Assembly (NCBI GenBank): GCA_964586965.1
Contig: CAZPJU010000003.1
Span: 1-32,548, forward strand
DNA length: 32,548 bases
Origin: an uncultured Lachnospiraceae bacterium
Lineage (GTDB): Bacteria; Bacillota; Clostridia; Oscillospirales; CAG-272
Direction of reading: 5' to 3'
Part shown: positions 9,688 through 18,416 of the stretch, piece after piece
Layout of the letters: the number at the start of each line of letters is the position of its first letter
Numbering within the stretch: position 1 is the stretch's first letter
Notes under the pieces: model-generated
What the model was told of the DNA's origin: nothing
What the model saw: the letters and a program-made list of their open reading frames with translations, nothing else
The model's database searches: none
Position numbers and translations under genes: made by a program

Positions 9688-10806
9688 CTATTTCCTATAT
9701 AAACTCATCAGCATTTCCTCTACGGCTTTTACCGTGTTCTCGGTGCTGAAGCTTTTCCCGCGTTCGGCAGCTTTTTGTTTGTAATGGGCAAGCAGTTTTG
9801 GGTCGTCAAGCAAGCGCTTAATGCCTCGATACAGTGCTTCCTCATTGTTTTCCGTAACAACTCCCCATTCGTTGTTTTCGCCAAGCATTTCTTTCATGCC
9901 GGAAACCATGGTTGTCACAACCGGTGTACCTACAATCAAAGCTTCGGTTGCTGCCGTTGAAAATCCTTCGGAATAACTCGAACAAACAAAAAGATCACTC
10001 TGCTTTATATACTTATATGGATTGACCTGATAACCGAGGAATGTAAACGTATCTTGCAAATTTTCTTTTTTAAGATACTCTGTAATTTCATCTTTTTTGC
10101 TTCCTTCGCCAAGGATATATGTATGGATTGGATAATGCTCCTCATATAATTTTTTGTGAATGCGAGCTAATCTGTCAAACCCTTTTACATCTTCGATTTT
10201 ACCGGCGCTTATCAGCTTGATTTCATCCGGATTAAAAGTACCTTTTTCGAGCGAATCATTAGCCGATCTTAATATTTTTTCACTCTCATTTGTGTTATAT
10301 ATAACCCTTCCGTCAATACCGTCACAATACTTTTCAAAAGCATTTTTCACTTCTTTAGACACAAAAACCGTACACAAAAAGCACTTATTGCATTTCAAAG
10401 CTTCTTTCACGGATCTGAATCCCACTGAAAACTCTTTGAGCGTACGCATAGTACAGTGAATCCAATTAACCAACTTCGTATTCGGGTCAGAACAACCGCT
10501 TACAATTCTCACCGCAGGGCCTTCAAGATACGCAATTTCAATATCGTAATGTTCTTTTACAAACCACTTGTGCAATAACCAATTAGGAAAAATTTTCATT
10601 ACATGACTATTGCCGGGAAATACCTTCTTGAAAATTGCTCGGTAACGAATATGCGGCGCAAGAAATTGTTCATTAACTCCGCCTCCGAAAAGTGACATTA
10701 CGGTAATATCAAATTTTGTTCGATCCATGTTGTTGACCAAATTTACAAGCACTTTTTCGGCGCCGCCATGCCCAAGATCATGGATCAAGAACAGGATTTT
10801 TTTCAT
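9688..10806 (-). CDS. Glycosyltransferase family 4 (GT-B, WabH-like)
   Basis: LGHGGAEKVL, KGFDRL and SYSEGFSTAATEA (E-x7-E) motifs. Confidence 0.93.
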   Translation of the reverse strand: MKKILFLIHDLGHGGAEKVLVNLVNNMDRTKFDITVMSLFGGGVNEQFLAPHIRYRAIFKKVFPGNSHVMKIFPNWLLHKWFVKEHYDIEIAYLEGPAVRIVSGCSDPNTKLVNWIHCTMRTLKEFSVGFRSVKEALKCNKCFLCTVFVSKEVKNAFEKYCDGIDGRVIYNTNESEKILRSANDSLEKGTFNPDEIKLISAGKIEDVKGFDRLARIHKKLYEEHYPIHTYILGEGSKKDEITEYLKKENLQDTFTFLGYQVNPYKYIKQSDLFVCSSYSEGFSTAATEALIVGTPVVTTMVSGMKEMLGENNEWGVVTENNEEALYRGIKRLLDDPKLLAHYKQKAAERGKSFSTENTVKAVEEMLMSLYRK

Positions 10807-10818
10807 ATATAATCTTCC

Positions 10819-11601
10819 TTATTGTTTTTCGAAAAATCGTTTCACAAAATAAACAGGTCCCATTTCCAACAAATCATATGTAATAAACGTGTATATTTTT
10901 AATACAATACCTTCTCCGAAATGTTTTTCTATAAAGGAAAATTTGCGCGGATCTTTCAAAAATCGCTTAAGAGCAGTGTCGCGATACGGCTTTCTACTCA
11001 GCGTATAATTTGCCTGACTTTTATCCCATGTTCTTGTCCCATAATGTACCGCAAAATCTGCAAACATATCCATAGAAAGAAATTCAATATTATTTATTAT
11101 CTGATTTGTTCCGTCTAATTTCACACCTGTTTGTGCTCTAATAATTGGCATATTAATAATAGTATTAACTACCATTTTGTCCTTATGAAAATGCATACCA
11201 TCATACGCCGAAATCATATCATATATTAACTTCGAGCCCTTACTACAACCACAGCATAATCCGGTTTGAACTACACGTTCGTGTTCAAAAGCAAACAAAC
11301 CATCACGCTCAAGATACCTGTCAAATGGACATTCTTTTTTCAGTTCGACATCGGTATCCATATAAATACCACCATAATTATATAAAACAATAAGTCTTGC
11401 AACGTCAGACACAAATGCCCACTTTTTCTGTTCATAAGCTTCCATCATAAAACTATGCTGCGAAATATCAAAATTCGTTTCGTTCCACTCTATAATTTCA
11501 TAATCCGGGCAATATTTTTTCCACGACGCTATGCATCTTTCAATAATATCCGGTTTCGGATTCCCACCGAACCAACAATAATGAATAATTTTAGGTATCA
11601 T
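10819..11601 (-). CDS. Glycosyltransferase family 32 (DXD sugar-binding, OCH1-like)
   Basis: MIPKIIHYCWFG, WAFVSDVAR and GGIYMDTDVE motifs; AGGAG RBS. Confidence 0.93.
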   Translation of the reverse strand: MIPKIIHYCWFGGNPKPDIIERCIASWKKYCPDYEIIEWNETNFDISQHSFMMEAYEQKKWAFVSDVARLIVLYNYGGIYMDTDVELKKECPFDRYLERDGLFAFEHERVVQTGLCCGCSKGSKLIYDMISAYDGMHFHKDKMVVNTIINMPIIRAQTGVKLDGTNQIINNIEFLSMDMFADFAVHYGTRTWDKSQANYTLSRKPYRDTALKRFLKDPRKFSFIEKHFGEGIVLKIYTFITYDLLEMGPVYFVKRFFEKQ

Positions 11602-11619
11602 TTTTGACTCCTTTTAATA

Positions 11620-12513
11620 TTATTTATTGTTTCGTTCTTTCATCACCAAATATTTTGTTAACAACCATCCTCCGGGGTACAACAATATTGTCAACAATTT
11701 TCGAGGCGATGCACTTATGCATGGTTCTCCTGATATTATACAGGAAGACACATAATGTATTGTCTTTTTTATCGTAAATGACAACGGTGCTTGTTTGATA
11801 GACATATCAAACATCCGTGTTTCTCTAAAACTTCTGGGACTTCTTAAATATTGTTTCCATACTGTATTTGTCATACCATCTGGTTGATATTCCACAACAC
11901 ATAGCACTTCATTCATAACTAAAAAATCATATTTTTGACTGATCTGCAAATGCATGATATGCGGATTAAAATCTTTCTCTCCCGGAAACTCTTTCATAGG
12001 TGCCACTGACTTATATAAATCGGTTCGAACAACAATCTTTCTATCACGATTATTCAACTTATACTTGCCAATTGCCAAATCAATAAGATTGATACTTTTT
12101 TGTTTCGGAAATTTGTCCCCCAAAATCTCTCCTGATTCAAAAGCATCAAGTCCGATAATTCCTGCATATCCTTCGTTTCGATGAGCAGACCAATAAGTCA
12201 GAATTTTCTCCACAGCATCATTAGGCATATAATCATCGCTGTCTATGCAAACAGTCAATTCAGTTTTCGCCATAGCGATAGCTTTATTATAACCGGTGTA
12301 CATACCTCCGTTTTCTTTATATACATACTGAATTGTAAAATCATTATCTTTCTGTATCCAAGATTCTACCAATTCTTTGGTGTTGTCTGTTGAACCGTCA
12401 TCGATTACAATCCACATAAAATCTTTACATGTCTGACGACAAAGCGCTTCATATCCTTTATATAAACAATATGCACGGTTATATGTAGGAGTAAATATAG
12501 TTAAAGTTTCCAT
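11620..12513 (-). CDS. Glycosyltransferase family 2
   Basis: METLTIFTPTYNRAY, IDDGSTD, ENGGM and CIDSDD motifs. Start moved to ATG 12513, just downstream of the upstream gene's stop. Confidence 0.92.
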   Translation of the reverse strand: METLTIFTPTYNRAYCLYKGYEALCRQTCKDFMWIVIDDGSTDNTKELVESWIQKDNDFTIQYVYKENGGMYTGYNKAIAMAKTELTVCIDSDDYMPNDAVEKILTYWSAHRNEGYAGIIGLDAFESGEILGDKFPKQKSINLIDLAIGKYKLNNRDRKIVVRTDLYKSVAPMKEFPGEKDFNPHIMHLQISQKYDFLVMNEVLCVVEYQPDGMTNTVWKQYLRSPRSFRETRMFDMSIKQAPLSFTIKKTIHYVSSCIISGEPCISASPRKLLTILLYPGGWLLTKYLVMKERNNK

Positions 12514-12518
12514 TTCAG

Positions 12519-13511
12519 CTAACGCTTTCTCAATTTCAAATATAGTCCCAAAAGGAGCATCACGCAATCAAATCCGATTATTTTTTTCAAACGATTAATT
12601 ATTTTAACTTTAGGGTGCATATCATATGCCAAAATTTTCCGCATACGCCTAAGCTTGCAAGTTAATTGCTTCTTTTCTCTTTTATCACTTAAATTCCACG
12701 TTTGCGCCATCAAAATACTAAACTCATACGCAACCAAACTAAGCAAACAATTCTTAGTTTCATCACTTGAATATTTATATTCCGTTGCAAATTTCTCCAA
12801 CATATCTGTAAATTGCACAAGATAAGCATAATCTACATTTGCAGTAATAGACTCACTTCTCCCTTTACGATACATGTAAAAAATTTCATCCAAATATAAA
12901 TACTTGGGCAGACAATCCGCAACACGAATAGTCCAATCAATGTCTTCGCTTTTTATGCCAAATTTAAAAAATAAAGCATTGTTTATTAAAAATTCTCTAC
13001 TAATAACTTTTGAACATGCACTACCGATCAGCAACCCATTTTTTGAAAGATATTTCAATGATTCCGATGGCTCCATATAATTAAACTCACCTGCAAAACT
13101 GCCTTTATCGGGAATCACTCTTCCATCCGGATACAGTATCTTCGCTTGAAACAGTACTATATCACAATTTCCTTCTTTACAAATCAAATGGTGGATTTTT
13201 TTCAAGGCATCAATATCGTCCCAATAATCATCACTATCTAAAAACAGCAGATACTCGCCCCTTGCCTCATTAATCCCATAATTTCTGGCATCGGACAATC
13301 CACCATTTTTCTTATGAATGACTTTTACAAATGGAGTATTTTTCGCATATTCATCACAAATTTGAGGACAAGCATCTGGTGAACCATCATCAACCAGAAT
13401 TATTTCTATGTCACGAAATGTTTGTGACAATACAGAATCCACACATTCCCTTAAATATTTTTCCACATTATAGATTGGTATAATAACACTAAAAAAGGGG
13501 TGACAACTCAT
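12519..13511 (-). CDS. Glycosyltransferase family 2
   Basis: MSCHPFFSVIIPIYNVEKYL, VDDGS, NGGLSDARNYG, FLDSDD and SED motifs. ATG at 13511 follows AGAGGAAG. Confidence 0.93.
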   Translation of the reverse strand: MSCHPFFSVIIPIYNVEKYLRECVDSVLSQTFRDIEIILVDDGSPDACPQICDEYAKNTPFVKVIHKKNGGLSDARNYGINEARGEYLLFLDSDDYWDDIDALKKIHHLICKEGNCDIVLFQAKILYPDGRVIPDKGSFAGEFNYMEPSESLKYLSKNGLLIGSACSKVISREFLINNALFFKFGIKSEDIDWTIRVADCLPKYLYLDEIFYMYRKGRSESITANVDYAYLVQFTDMLEKFATEYKYSSDETKNCLLSLVAYEFSILMAQTWNLSDKREKKQLTCKLRRMRKILAYDMHPKVKIINRLKKIIGFDCVMLLLGLYLKLRKR

Positions 13512-13513
13512 TC

Positions 13514-14566
13514 CTATCTTCCTCTTACCATTTGAATCACACAAAGCAATACAAACACACCTAACGCGCATTGTTTTTCCGCCAATTTGAAAAAGAGTTT
13601 CCAATGTATCGCAAAATATCTGTAATCAAGCACACTTATCGCTGCACAATATCGTTCTTCGGCAATAATACTTCGTATTTCTTGTATTTTACGCAGCCAC
13701 GAACCGGGGCAATTCGTTTCGTTTATTCCGAGTTCAATTAAACTAAGCACAATTCGATTGTTTAATGCCTGTACATATTCCGCCCCTAAATTATCCGCTT
13801 TTATGCGGTTATCTAAATAATCAAATAATACACATTTCTTGTATTTTAATTCATTATCATATTCACTTGTAACAGATGAAAGATTATCTCTTCGATAATA
13901 GTATAAATTCTGATTCAGGAACACAACTCGTTTAGCAAAACGAAAAACGTCCAAGTTAAACAAGCCATCTTCGTAGCTTCCGATTTTACAAATATCAAAA
14001 AATCTGATTCGATTTTCCTCAATTATATTTCGTCGATACAACTTTCCCCAAACAGTACATAGCGCATCTGCATTTTCAGGAGAAGTCAATTCTTCTCCTA
14101 TTACACCAAACATTCTACGGTAAAGGGCTTTTTGCACATCATTTTCTTCATATATACAATCATGATCCATTATCTTTTTTGGCTTATATTTTCCCAAACG
14201 TTCACGTACATACGACCACATAACTACATCTGAATTTGTTTTTTGCATTTTATCTATTGCCAATTCGCACGTTTTTTCGTCGATCCAATCATCGCTGTCA
14301 ACAAACATCAGATATTCTCCGACAGCCTTGCTCAAACCATAATTTCTCGCTTCGGAAACGCCTTCGTTATTTTTCCGGAACATTTCAAACCTTTTGTCTA
14401 TTTTCGCATATTTCGAAAGAATTTTCCAAGAGTCATCTGTCGAACCGTCATCAACGCAAATAATTTGCAAATCCGAAAATGTTTGGCAGACTACACTATC
14501 CAAGCATTTCTTTAAATAATGCGCGGAATTATAAACGGGAATTATAATTGAAATTTTTTGTTTCAT
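13514..14566 (-). CDS. Glycosyltransferase family 2
   Basis: SIIIPVYNS, VDDGSTD, NEGVSEARNYG, FVDSDD, VWGKLY and YED motifs; AAGGAG RBS. Confidence 0.94.
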   Translation of the reverse strand: MKQKISIIIPVYNSAHYLKKCLDSVVCQTFSDLQIICVDDGSTDDSWKILSKYAKIDKRFEMFRKNNEGVSEARNYGLSKAVGEYLMFVDSDDWIDEKTCELAIDKMQKTNSDVVMWSYVRERLGKYKPKKIMDHDCIYEENDVQKALYRRMFGVIGEELTSPENADALCTVWGKLYRRNIIEENRIRFFDICKIGSYEDGLFNLDVFRFAKRVVFLNQNLYYYRRDNLSSVTSEYDNELKYKKCVLFDYLDNRIKADNLGAEYVQALNNRIVLSLIELGINETNCPGSWLRKIQEIRSIIAEERYCAAISVLDYRYFAIHWKLFFKLAEKQCALGVFVLLCVIQMVRGR

Positions 14567-14610
14567 AACAAAATCTCCTTATAATGCAATATAAAGCAGT
14601 ACACCAATCC

Positions 14611-15699
14611 TTATAAATTCCACACAACCATCATTTGATAATAATAAAAAATCAGATAACAACCAATTAAAACCACATAAACTATTTTCTGAGACTTTTT
14701 ATCAAAAACATTTTCCACAATCCAGGGAATCAATATGTAATTATACAATGAAAAATAGATCGGAACACGTCCGATAAATATTCCGCTTGTTACTGCCGAA
14801 ACCAAATACGCTCCCATACTAACTATGGACATATTTGCAGATAAATTTAAAATTATCGAATCCGCTTCATCAAGCCATCTGCGAAACAAAAGTGCCATTA
14901 TCGGCGGAATGCAGAACACAAGAACACGCAAAATATTCGTGCCTTGAGTTTCCAAAAACTGTCCAATTTCACTGCTATATTGAGTATCAGACATAAAATC
15001 CGTAATAATACCGATTGTTGCATCAGAATAATTTATAGTTACCAATGCGCTCACAATAAGGCAAACAGTTTTTATATTCCACGCTTTACCTTGCACAATA
15101 AAACTGATCGGGATCATAATCAATGCAGATGCATGAATCGTTGACAGCAGCAATATAAGTAAAAAATATTTTAAGTATTTTTTTTTAATCAGCCAATCAG
15201 TAGCGGCAAATGCAATTGATACTGCAATAAATTGTCTCATGCCGTTATAATTCCACTGAACATAATCCGATGAGGCTATAAACAGAAACATTGACATAAT
15301 GAAATTGCAGGAATATTTTTTATAAATGCACGCCACGCACATAATACAGATGCTTGCTATGATTGTAAAATATACTTTGTCATTGCTTCCGATAATTCTT
15401 TTTATAAATAAAGTAAAAAAAGAGAATCCTTTATCTTTCGAATTTCCCTCTATGATTTCTAAAAAGTCGTTCCAAGAAGTATTCATTGACAAAAACGCAG
15501 AACGATAAGCACCTGTATCTCCGATATTTGATCTTGTACCTGCAAGCCAAATAAGAGGTATTACCACCATAAGCACCGGTGTCCATCTATAATGTAATTC
15601 TTTCCGTCCGTCTACGTTTACTGTATATGTTTGATGCGCCGTTTTAGCAAAGTATGCAACAAATATCAACAGCACAAACAAATACCATTGAAATACCAT
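14611..15699 (-). CDS. wzy: EpsG-family polysaccharide polymerase (Wzy)
   Basis: About 10 hydrophobic segments; R..IGDT..Y, N.MRQFIA, IHASAL and GRV..YF motifs typical of EpsG-type polymerases. Confidence 0.85.
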   Translation of the reverse strand: MVFQWYLFVLLIFVAYFAKTAHQTYTVNVDGRKELHYRWTPVLMVVIPLIWLAGTRSNIGDTGAYRSAFLSMNTSWNDFLEIIEGNSKDKGFSFFTLFIKRIIGSNDKVYFTIIASICIMCVACIYKKYSCNFIMSMFLFIASSDYVQWNYNGMRQFIAVSIAFAATDWLIKKKYLKYFLLILLLSTIHASALIMIPISFIVQGKAWNIKTVCLIVSALVTINYSDATIGIITDFMSDTQYSSEIGQFLETQGTNILRVLVFCIPPIMALLFRRWLDEADSIILNLSANMSIVSMGAYLVSAVTSGIFIGRVPIYFSLYNYILIPWIVENVFDKKSQKIVYVVLIGCYLIFYYYQMMVVWNL

Positions 15700-15715
15700 T
15701 GTTTATACTCCATTC

Positions 15716-16843
15716 TCACATTACACTCTTGTATATTTCAGACATCCGCTTCATGACAACTTCAATACTGTATCTTTTAATTTTATTCAGATTATAAACT
15801 CTCATCATGTCTTGATTTTTCGGATTGCTCAAAATTTTCTTTATTGCACTTACAAATCCGTCAACATCATTAGAATCCACAAGATAACCACCCAAATCCA
15901 CATCTACTAAGTCAGCATTTCCTCGAATATTGGACGCAACAATCGGTAGTCCACATGCCATTGCTTCCATAACCGCAACAGGCAGTCCTTCTTGCAATGA
16001 AGCAAACAAAAAAATGTCTGCAGCACTGCAAATTCTACATACATCTTTTCGGAATCCCAAAAAATGCACTTGTTTGTCAACGCCAAATTTTCGAGTCTGC
16101 TTTTTCAATTCTTCCTCTTGTATTCCATCTCCTACAATAAACAGATGAAAATCAGGATTATTAAGTCGTTTTACCGCCTGAATCAATATGGTATGATTTT
16201 TTCTCGGAATCAACTGCGCAACAGAAACTGCAAAAACATCCTTTTTATCCAAACCAAATTCTTGGCGAGTTTCTTCTTTATCGCGATCTGTCACTGTTGC
16301 GAATCGGCTAATATCAATACCTACACCATTGACTAATTCAACCCTTTTTGCCGAAAAGTTATTTGCTTTGGCATAATCCTCTTTATTCATTGTAATAAGC
16401 AAATCCGTTCTTTTTGATAAAATCCGTTCAACCGGATAATACACAAGCCAATTAACAATCGGAGCACCTTTATAAAAATGAAATCCATGTGCGGTATAAA
16501 TAACTTTTGTACCTCTTTTTCTCGCACTACCGGCAGCCAACCTTGTAATCACACTCCCCACAGGCGTATGACAGTGAATCAGATCATAATGCTCTCTGTC
16601 TAAAATCTCTTTCAACTGTTTATATGCATCCACATTTTGTTTTTTTAACGGACTTCGCTCAAACGGAAGAATATAGAAATTATCGCAATACGGAATTATA
16701 CATTCTTCTTTATTTTCATAATCATTGTTTGCAGCAACATCTACTTGCCACCCTTGATCGTGAAACCATTTAAGATAAGGCTTGTGAAACATATTTATAT
16801 GCAATCTGACAACCGTTGCTACAAATAAGACCTTTTTCATCAT
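15716..16843 (-). CDS. Glycosyltransferase family 4 (CapM/EpsD-like; probably adds the second sugar)
   Basis: HCHTPVG, YTAHGFHF, NGVGID, RKNH and QEGLPVAVMEAMACG motifs; GAGGAG RBS. Start is 16843 or 16840. Confidence 0.94.
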   Translation of the reverse strand: MMKKVLFVATVVRLHINMFHKPYLKWFHDQGWQVDVAANNDYENKEECIIPYCDNFYILPFERSPLKKQNVDAYKQLKEILDREHYDLIHCHTPVGSVITRLAAGSARKRGTKVIYTAHGFHFYKGAPIVNWLVYYPVERILSKRTDLLITMNKEDYAKANNFSAKRVELVNGVGIDISRFATVTDRDKEETRQEFGLDKKDVFAVSVAQLIPRKNHTILIQAVKRLNNPDFHLFIVGDGIQEEELKKQTRKFGVDKQVHFLGFRKDVCRICSAADIFLFASLQEGLPVAVMEAMACGLPIVASNIRGNADLVDVDLGGYLVDSNDVDGFVSAIKKILSNPKNQDMMRVYNLNKIKRYSIEVVMKRMSEIYKSVM

Positions 16844-16951
16844 TATCTCCTCAAATCATTGCATCAAGACAGCCAATATTTTTTACAGTTCCTATCATCC
16901 GTTATATATTATACTACAATTTATCAATGGATTCTACTTTTTTACACAAAC

Positions 16952-16980
16952 ATTATATTTTTTGTGATTTGATACGTCAA
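16952..16980 (-). promoter_or_regulatory. sigmaA promoter driving the AT-rich glycosyltransferase cassette
   Basis: Minus strand TTGACG-17 nt-TATAAT. A second perfect TATAAT at 16908-16913 may be a tandem promoter. Confidence 0.7.
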
Positions 16981-17015
16981 AGTTTGATTTTATCACATAA
17001 TTCACATCTGCAAGT

Positions 17016-17046
17016 AAAAAATATCACTCAAACGAGTGATATTTTT
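17016..17046 (-). terminator. Intrinsic terminator after the priming transferase gene
   Basis: AAAAATATCACTC-AAAC-GAGTGATATTTTT perfect 13-bp inverted repeat with a T-run on both strands. Confidence 0.65.
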
Positions 17047-17103
17047 CTCACATTGTGAAACTTATTTAACAGTAAAACTAAAAAATTATAATAAGTATTT
17101 TCT

Positions 17104-17724
17104 TCATTTTTCGATTTTTTCACGTTTGCGAGACTCTGTCTGCACGCCCTCAACAATTCCGTCTCCTTTGAGCACCTTCAAGAACGTACCGAAAAAGCAT
17201 TTACAATCAAACAAAAATGACATTTTATCTATGTACTCACCGTCAAAAGCCGCTTTTTCCTCAACGGAAAGTTCATCTCTGCCGTTTATTTGAGCCCAGC
17301 CGGTAAGTCCCGGACGAACGGAATTCGCTCCGTATTCTTCCCTACACTCCAACAGATCGAACTGATTCCAAAGAGCGGGGCGCGGGCCGACGACGCTCAT
17401 TTTTCCGACAAGAATACAAAAAAGCTGCGGAATTTCGTCAAGCGATGTTTTTCTCAAAATTTTCCCCACAGGAGTGATGTATTTTTCGGGTGATTCAAGT
17501 AAATGTGTAGGAATTTCCGACGGAGTTTCGGTATACATTGTTCTAAATTTAGGCATCATATACGTTGTTTTGTTTTTGCCGATTCTCTTTTGCCAAAAGA
17601 TAACCGGTCCCTTTGAATCAAGCTTTATGACAAGCGCGATCAAAAGCATGGGAAGAATAAAAACAACGATCCCCATTAACGAGAGCACAATATCTATCGT
17701 TCGTTTAACAAATTTTCTGTACAT
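17104..17724 (-). CDS. Priming undecaprenyl-phosphate phosphoglycosyltransferase (bacterial sugar transferase, PglC/WbaP-C type)
   Basis: KRTIDI, KFRTM, LRKTSLDEIPQL, GKMSVVGPRP and RPGLTGWAQINGR motifs. Confidence 0.95.
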   Translation of the reverse strand: MYRKFVKRTIDIVLSLMGIVVFILPMLLIALVIKLDSKGPVIFWQKRIGKNKTTYMMPKFRTMYTETPSEIPTHLLESPEKYITPVGKILRKTSLDEIPQLFCILVGKMSVVGPRPALWNQFDLLECREEYGANSVRPGLTGWAQINGRDELSVEEKAAFDGEYIDKMSFLFDCKCFFGTFLKVLKGDGIVEGVQTESRKREKIEK

Positions 17725-17782
17725 AAAATTTGAACTTTCTTAAATCATTCTGTCGCTTGGCATACAAAATACACCACTATAT

Positions 17783-17812
17783 AGTATACATCTCCCGCAA
17801 TTAAAAAGTCAA
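17783..17812 (-). promoter_or_regulatory. Putative sigmaA promoter of the priming transferase gene
   Basis: Minus strand TTGACT-18 nt-TATACT. Confidence 0.55.
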
Positions 17813-17876
17813 GATAAAATACAACGATAATTACAATAAAAATTATATCAGAGCTTTTGTCCCGGCAGCGTAAGCA

Positions 17877-17921
17877 AAACAAAAAAGCCTCGTTTGCCAA
17901 CAAAAACAAACAAGGCTTTTT
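17877..17921 (-). terminator. Intrinsic terminator directly after tRNA-Arg
   Basis: Minus strand GCCTTGTTTG-loop-CAAACGAGGC (10 bp, one G-U pair) followed by TTTTTTGTTTT. Confidence 0.75.
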
Positions 17922-17995
17922 CCTGCCCGATGCGATTCGAACGCACGACCTGCAGAGTCGGAGTCTGCTGCTCTATCCTGCTGAGCTACGGGCAG
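17922..17995 (-). tRNA. tRNA-Arg (anticodon CCG), 74 nt, CCA not encoded
   Basis: Cloverleaf: acceptor CTGCCCG/CGGGCAG+G, D arm GCTC-AGCAGGATA-GAGC (A20 Arg identity element), anticodon arm GCAGA-CTCCGAC-TCTGC, T arm GTGCG-TTCGAAT-CGCAT. Confidence 0.96.
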
Positions 17996-18022
17996 ACATA
18001 TCGGCATTAACCGTACCAAATT

Positions 18023-18051
18023 ATTTTATCACATTACTTACATTTTGTAAA
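18023..18051 (-). promoter_or_regulatory. Putative sigmaA promoter of tRNA-Arg
   Basis: Minus strand TTTACA-17 nt-TAAAAT, with TGn extension. Confidence 0.6.
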
Positions 18052-18094
18052 GCACGGATTTTCGCTTGAGATTTTCAAAAAAATATTTTTCTTC

Positions 18095-18123
18095 TTGACA
18101 TACGAAAAAGAAAGGTATAATAT
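18095..18123 (+). promoter_or_regulatory. Strong sigmaA promoter upstream of the small membrane protein
   Basis: TTGACA at 18095-18100, followed by TATAAT (15-nt spacer) or TAATAT (17-nt spacer); AT-rich sequence upstream. Confidence 0.65.
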
Positions 18124-18161
18124 TATAAACAGAAGATTTATTTCTTTCCAAGGAGGTTCTT

Positions 18162-18413
18162 ATGCTTAGAAAATATTTTCCCGTAAGTTACAGAGCTAAA
18201 GATTCGGTCGGTCTGATTGTAGCCATCATCATATACCTTGTAATCGGTGCGATTGCCGGTGTTGTAATCGGTATTGCAGGATTTATCACCGGTTGGATTC
18301 CGCTTCTCGGAGCTGTGATCGGATGGGTTCTTCGCTTGGTCGGAGGAGTGATTGACATTTACTGCCTTGCCGGCATCGTAATTTCCGTTCTTGCTTTTCT
18401 TAAAATAGTTTAA
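18162..18413 (+). CDS. Small hydrophobic membrane protein of unknown function (83 aa)
   Basis: Perfect AAGGAGG RBS, own promoter and terminator, two to three hydrophobic Gly-rich segments. Confidence 0.8.
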   Translation: MLRKYFPVSYRAKDSVGLIVAIIIYLVIGAIAGVVIGIAGFITGWIPLLGAVIGWVLRLVGGVIDIYCLAGIVISVLAFLKIV

Positions 18414-18416
18414 TCT

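Noticed and set aside
4593-15186. Poly-A tracts on the coding strand (A8 at 4593-4600 in the pyruvyl transferase, A9 at 15178-15186 in wzy) as phase-variation sites
   Set aside because: Both frames are intact, and such runs are expected from Lys codons in AT-rich genes. Read-level length variation would be needed as evidence.
17857-18069. 70-aa plus-strand ORF
   Set aside because: It overlaps the tRNA and its terminator on the opposite strand; spurious.
18162-18413. Small protein as a circular bacteriocin, holin or ATP synthase c subunit
   Set aside because: No transporter, immunity, phage or ATPase genes are nearby, and it lacks the c-subunit RQPE-type loop.
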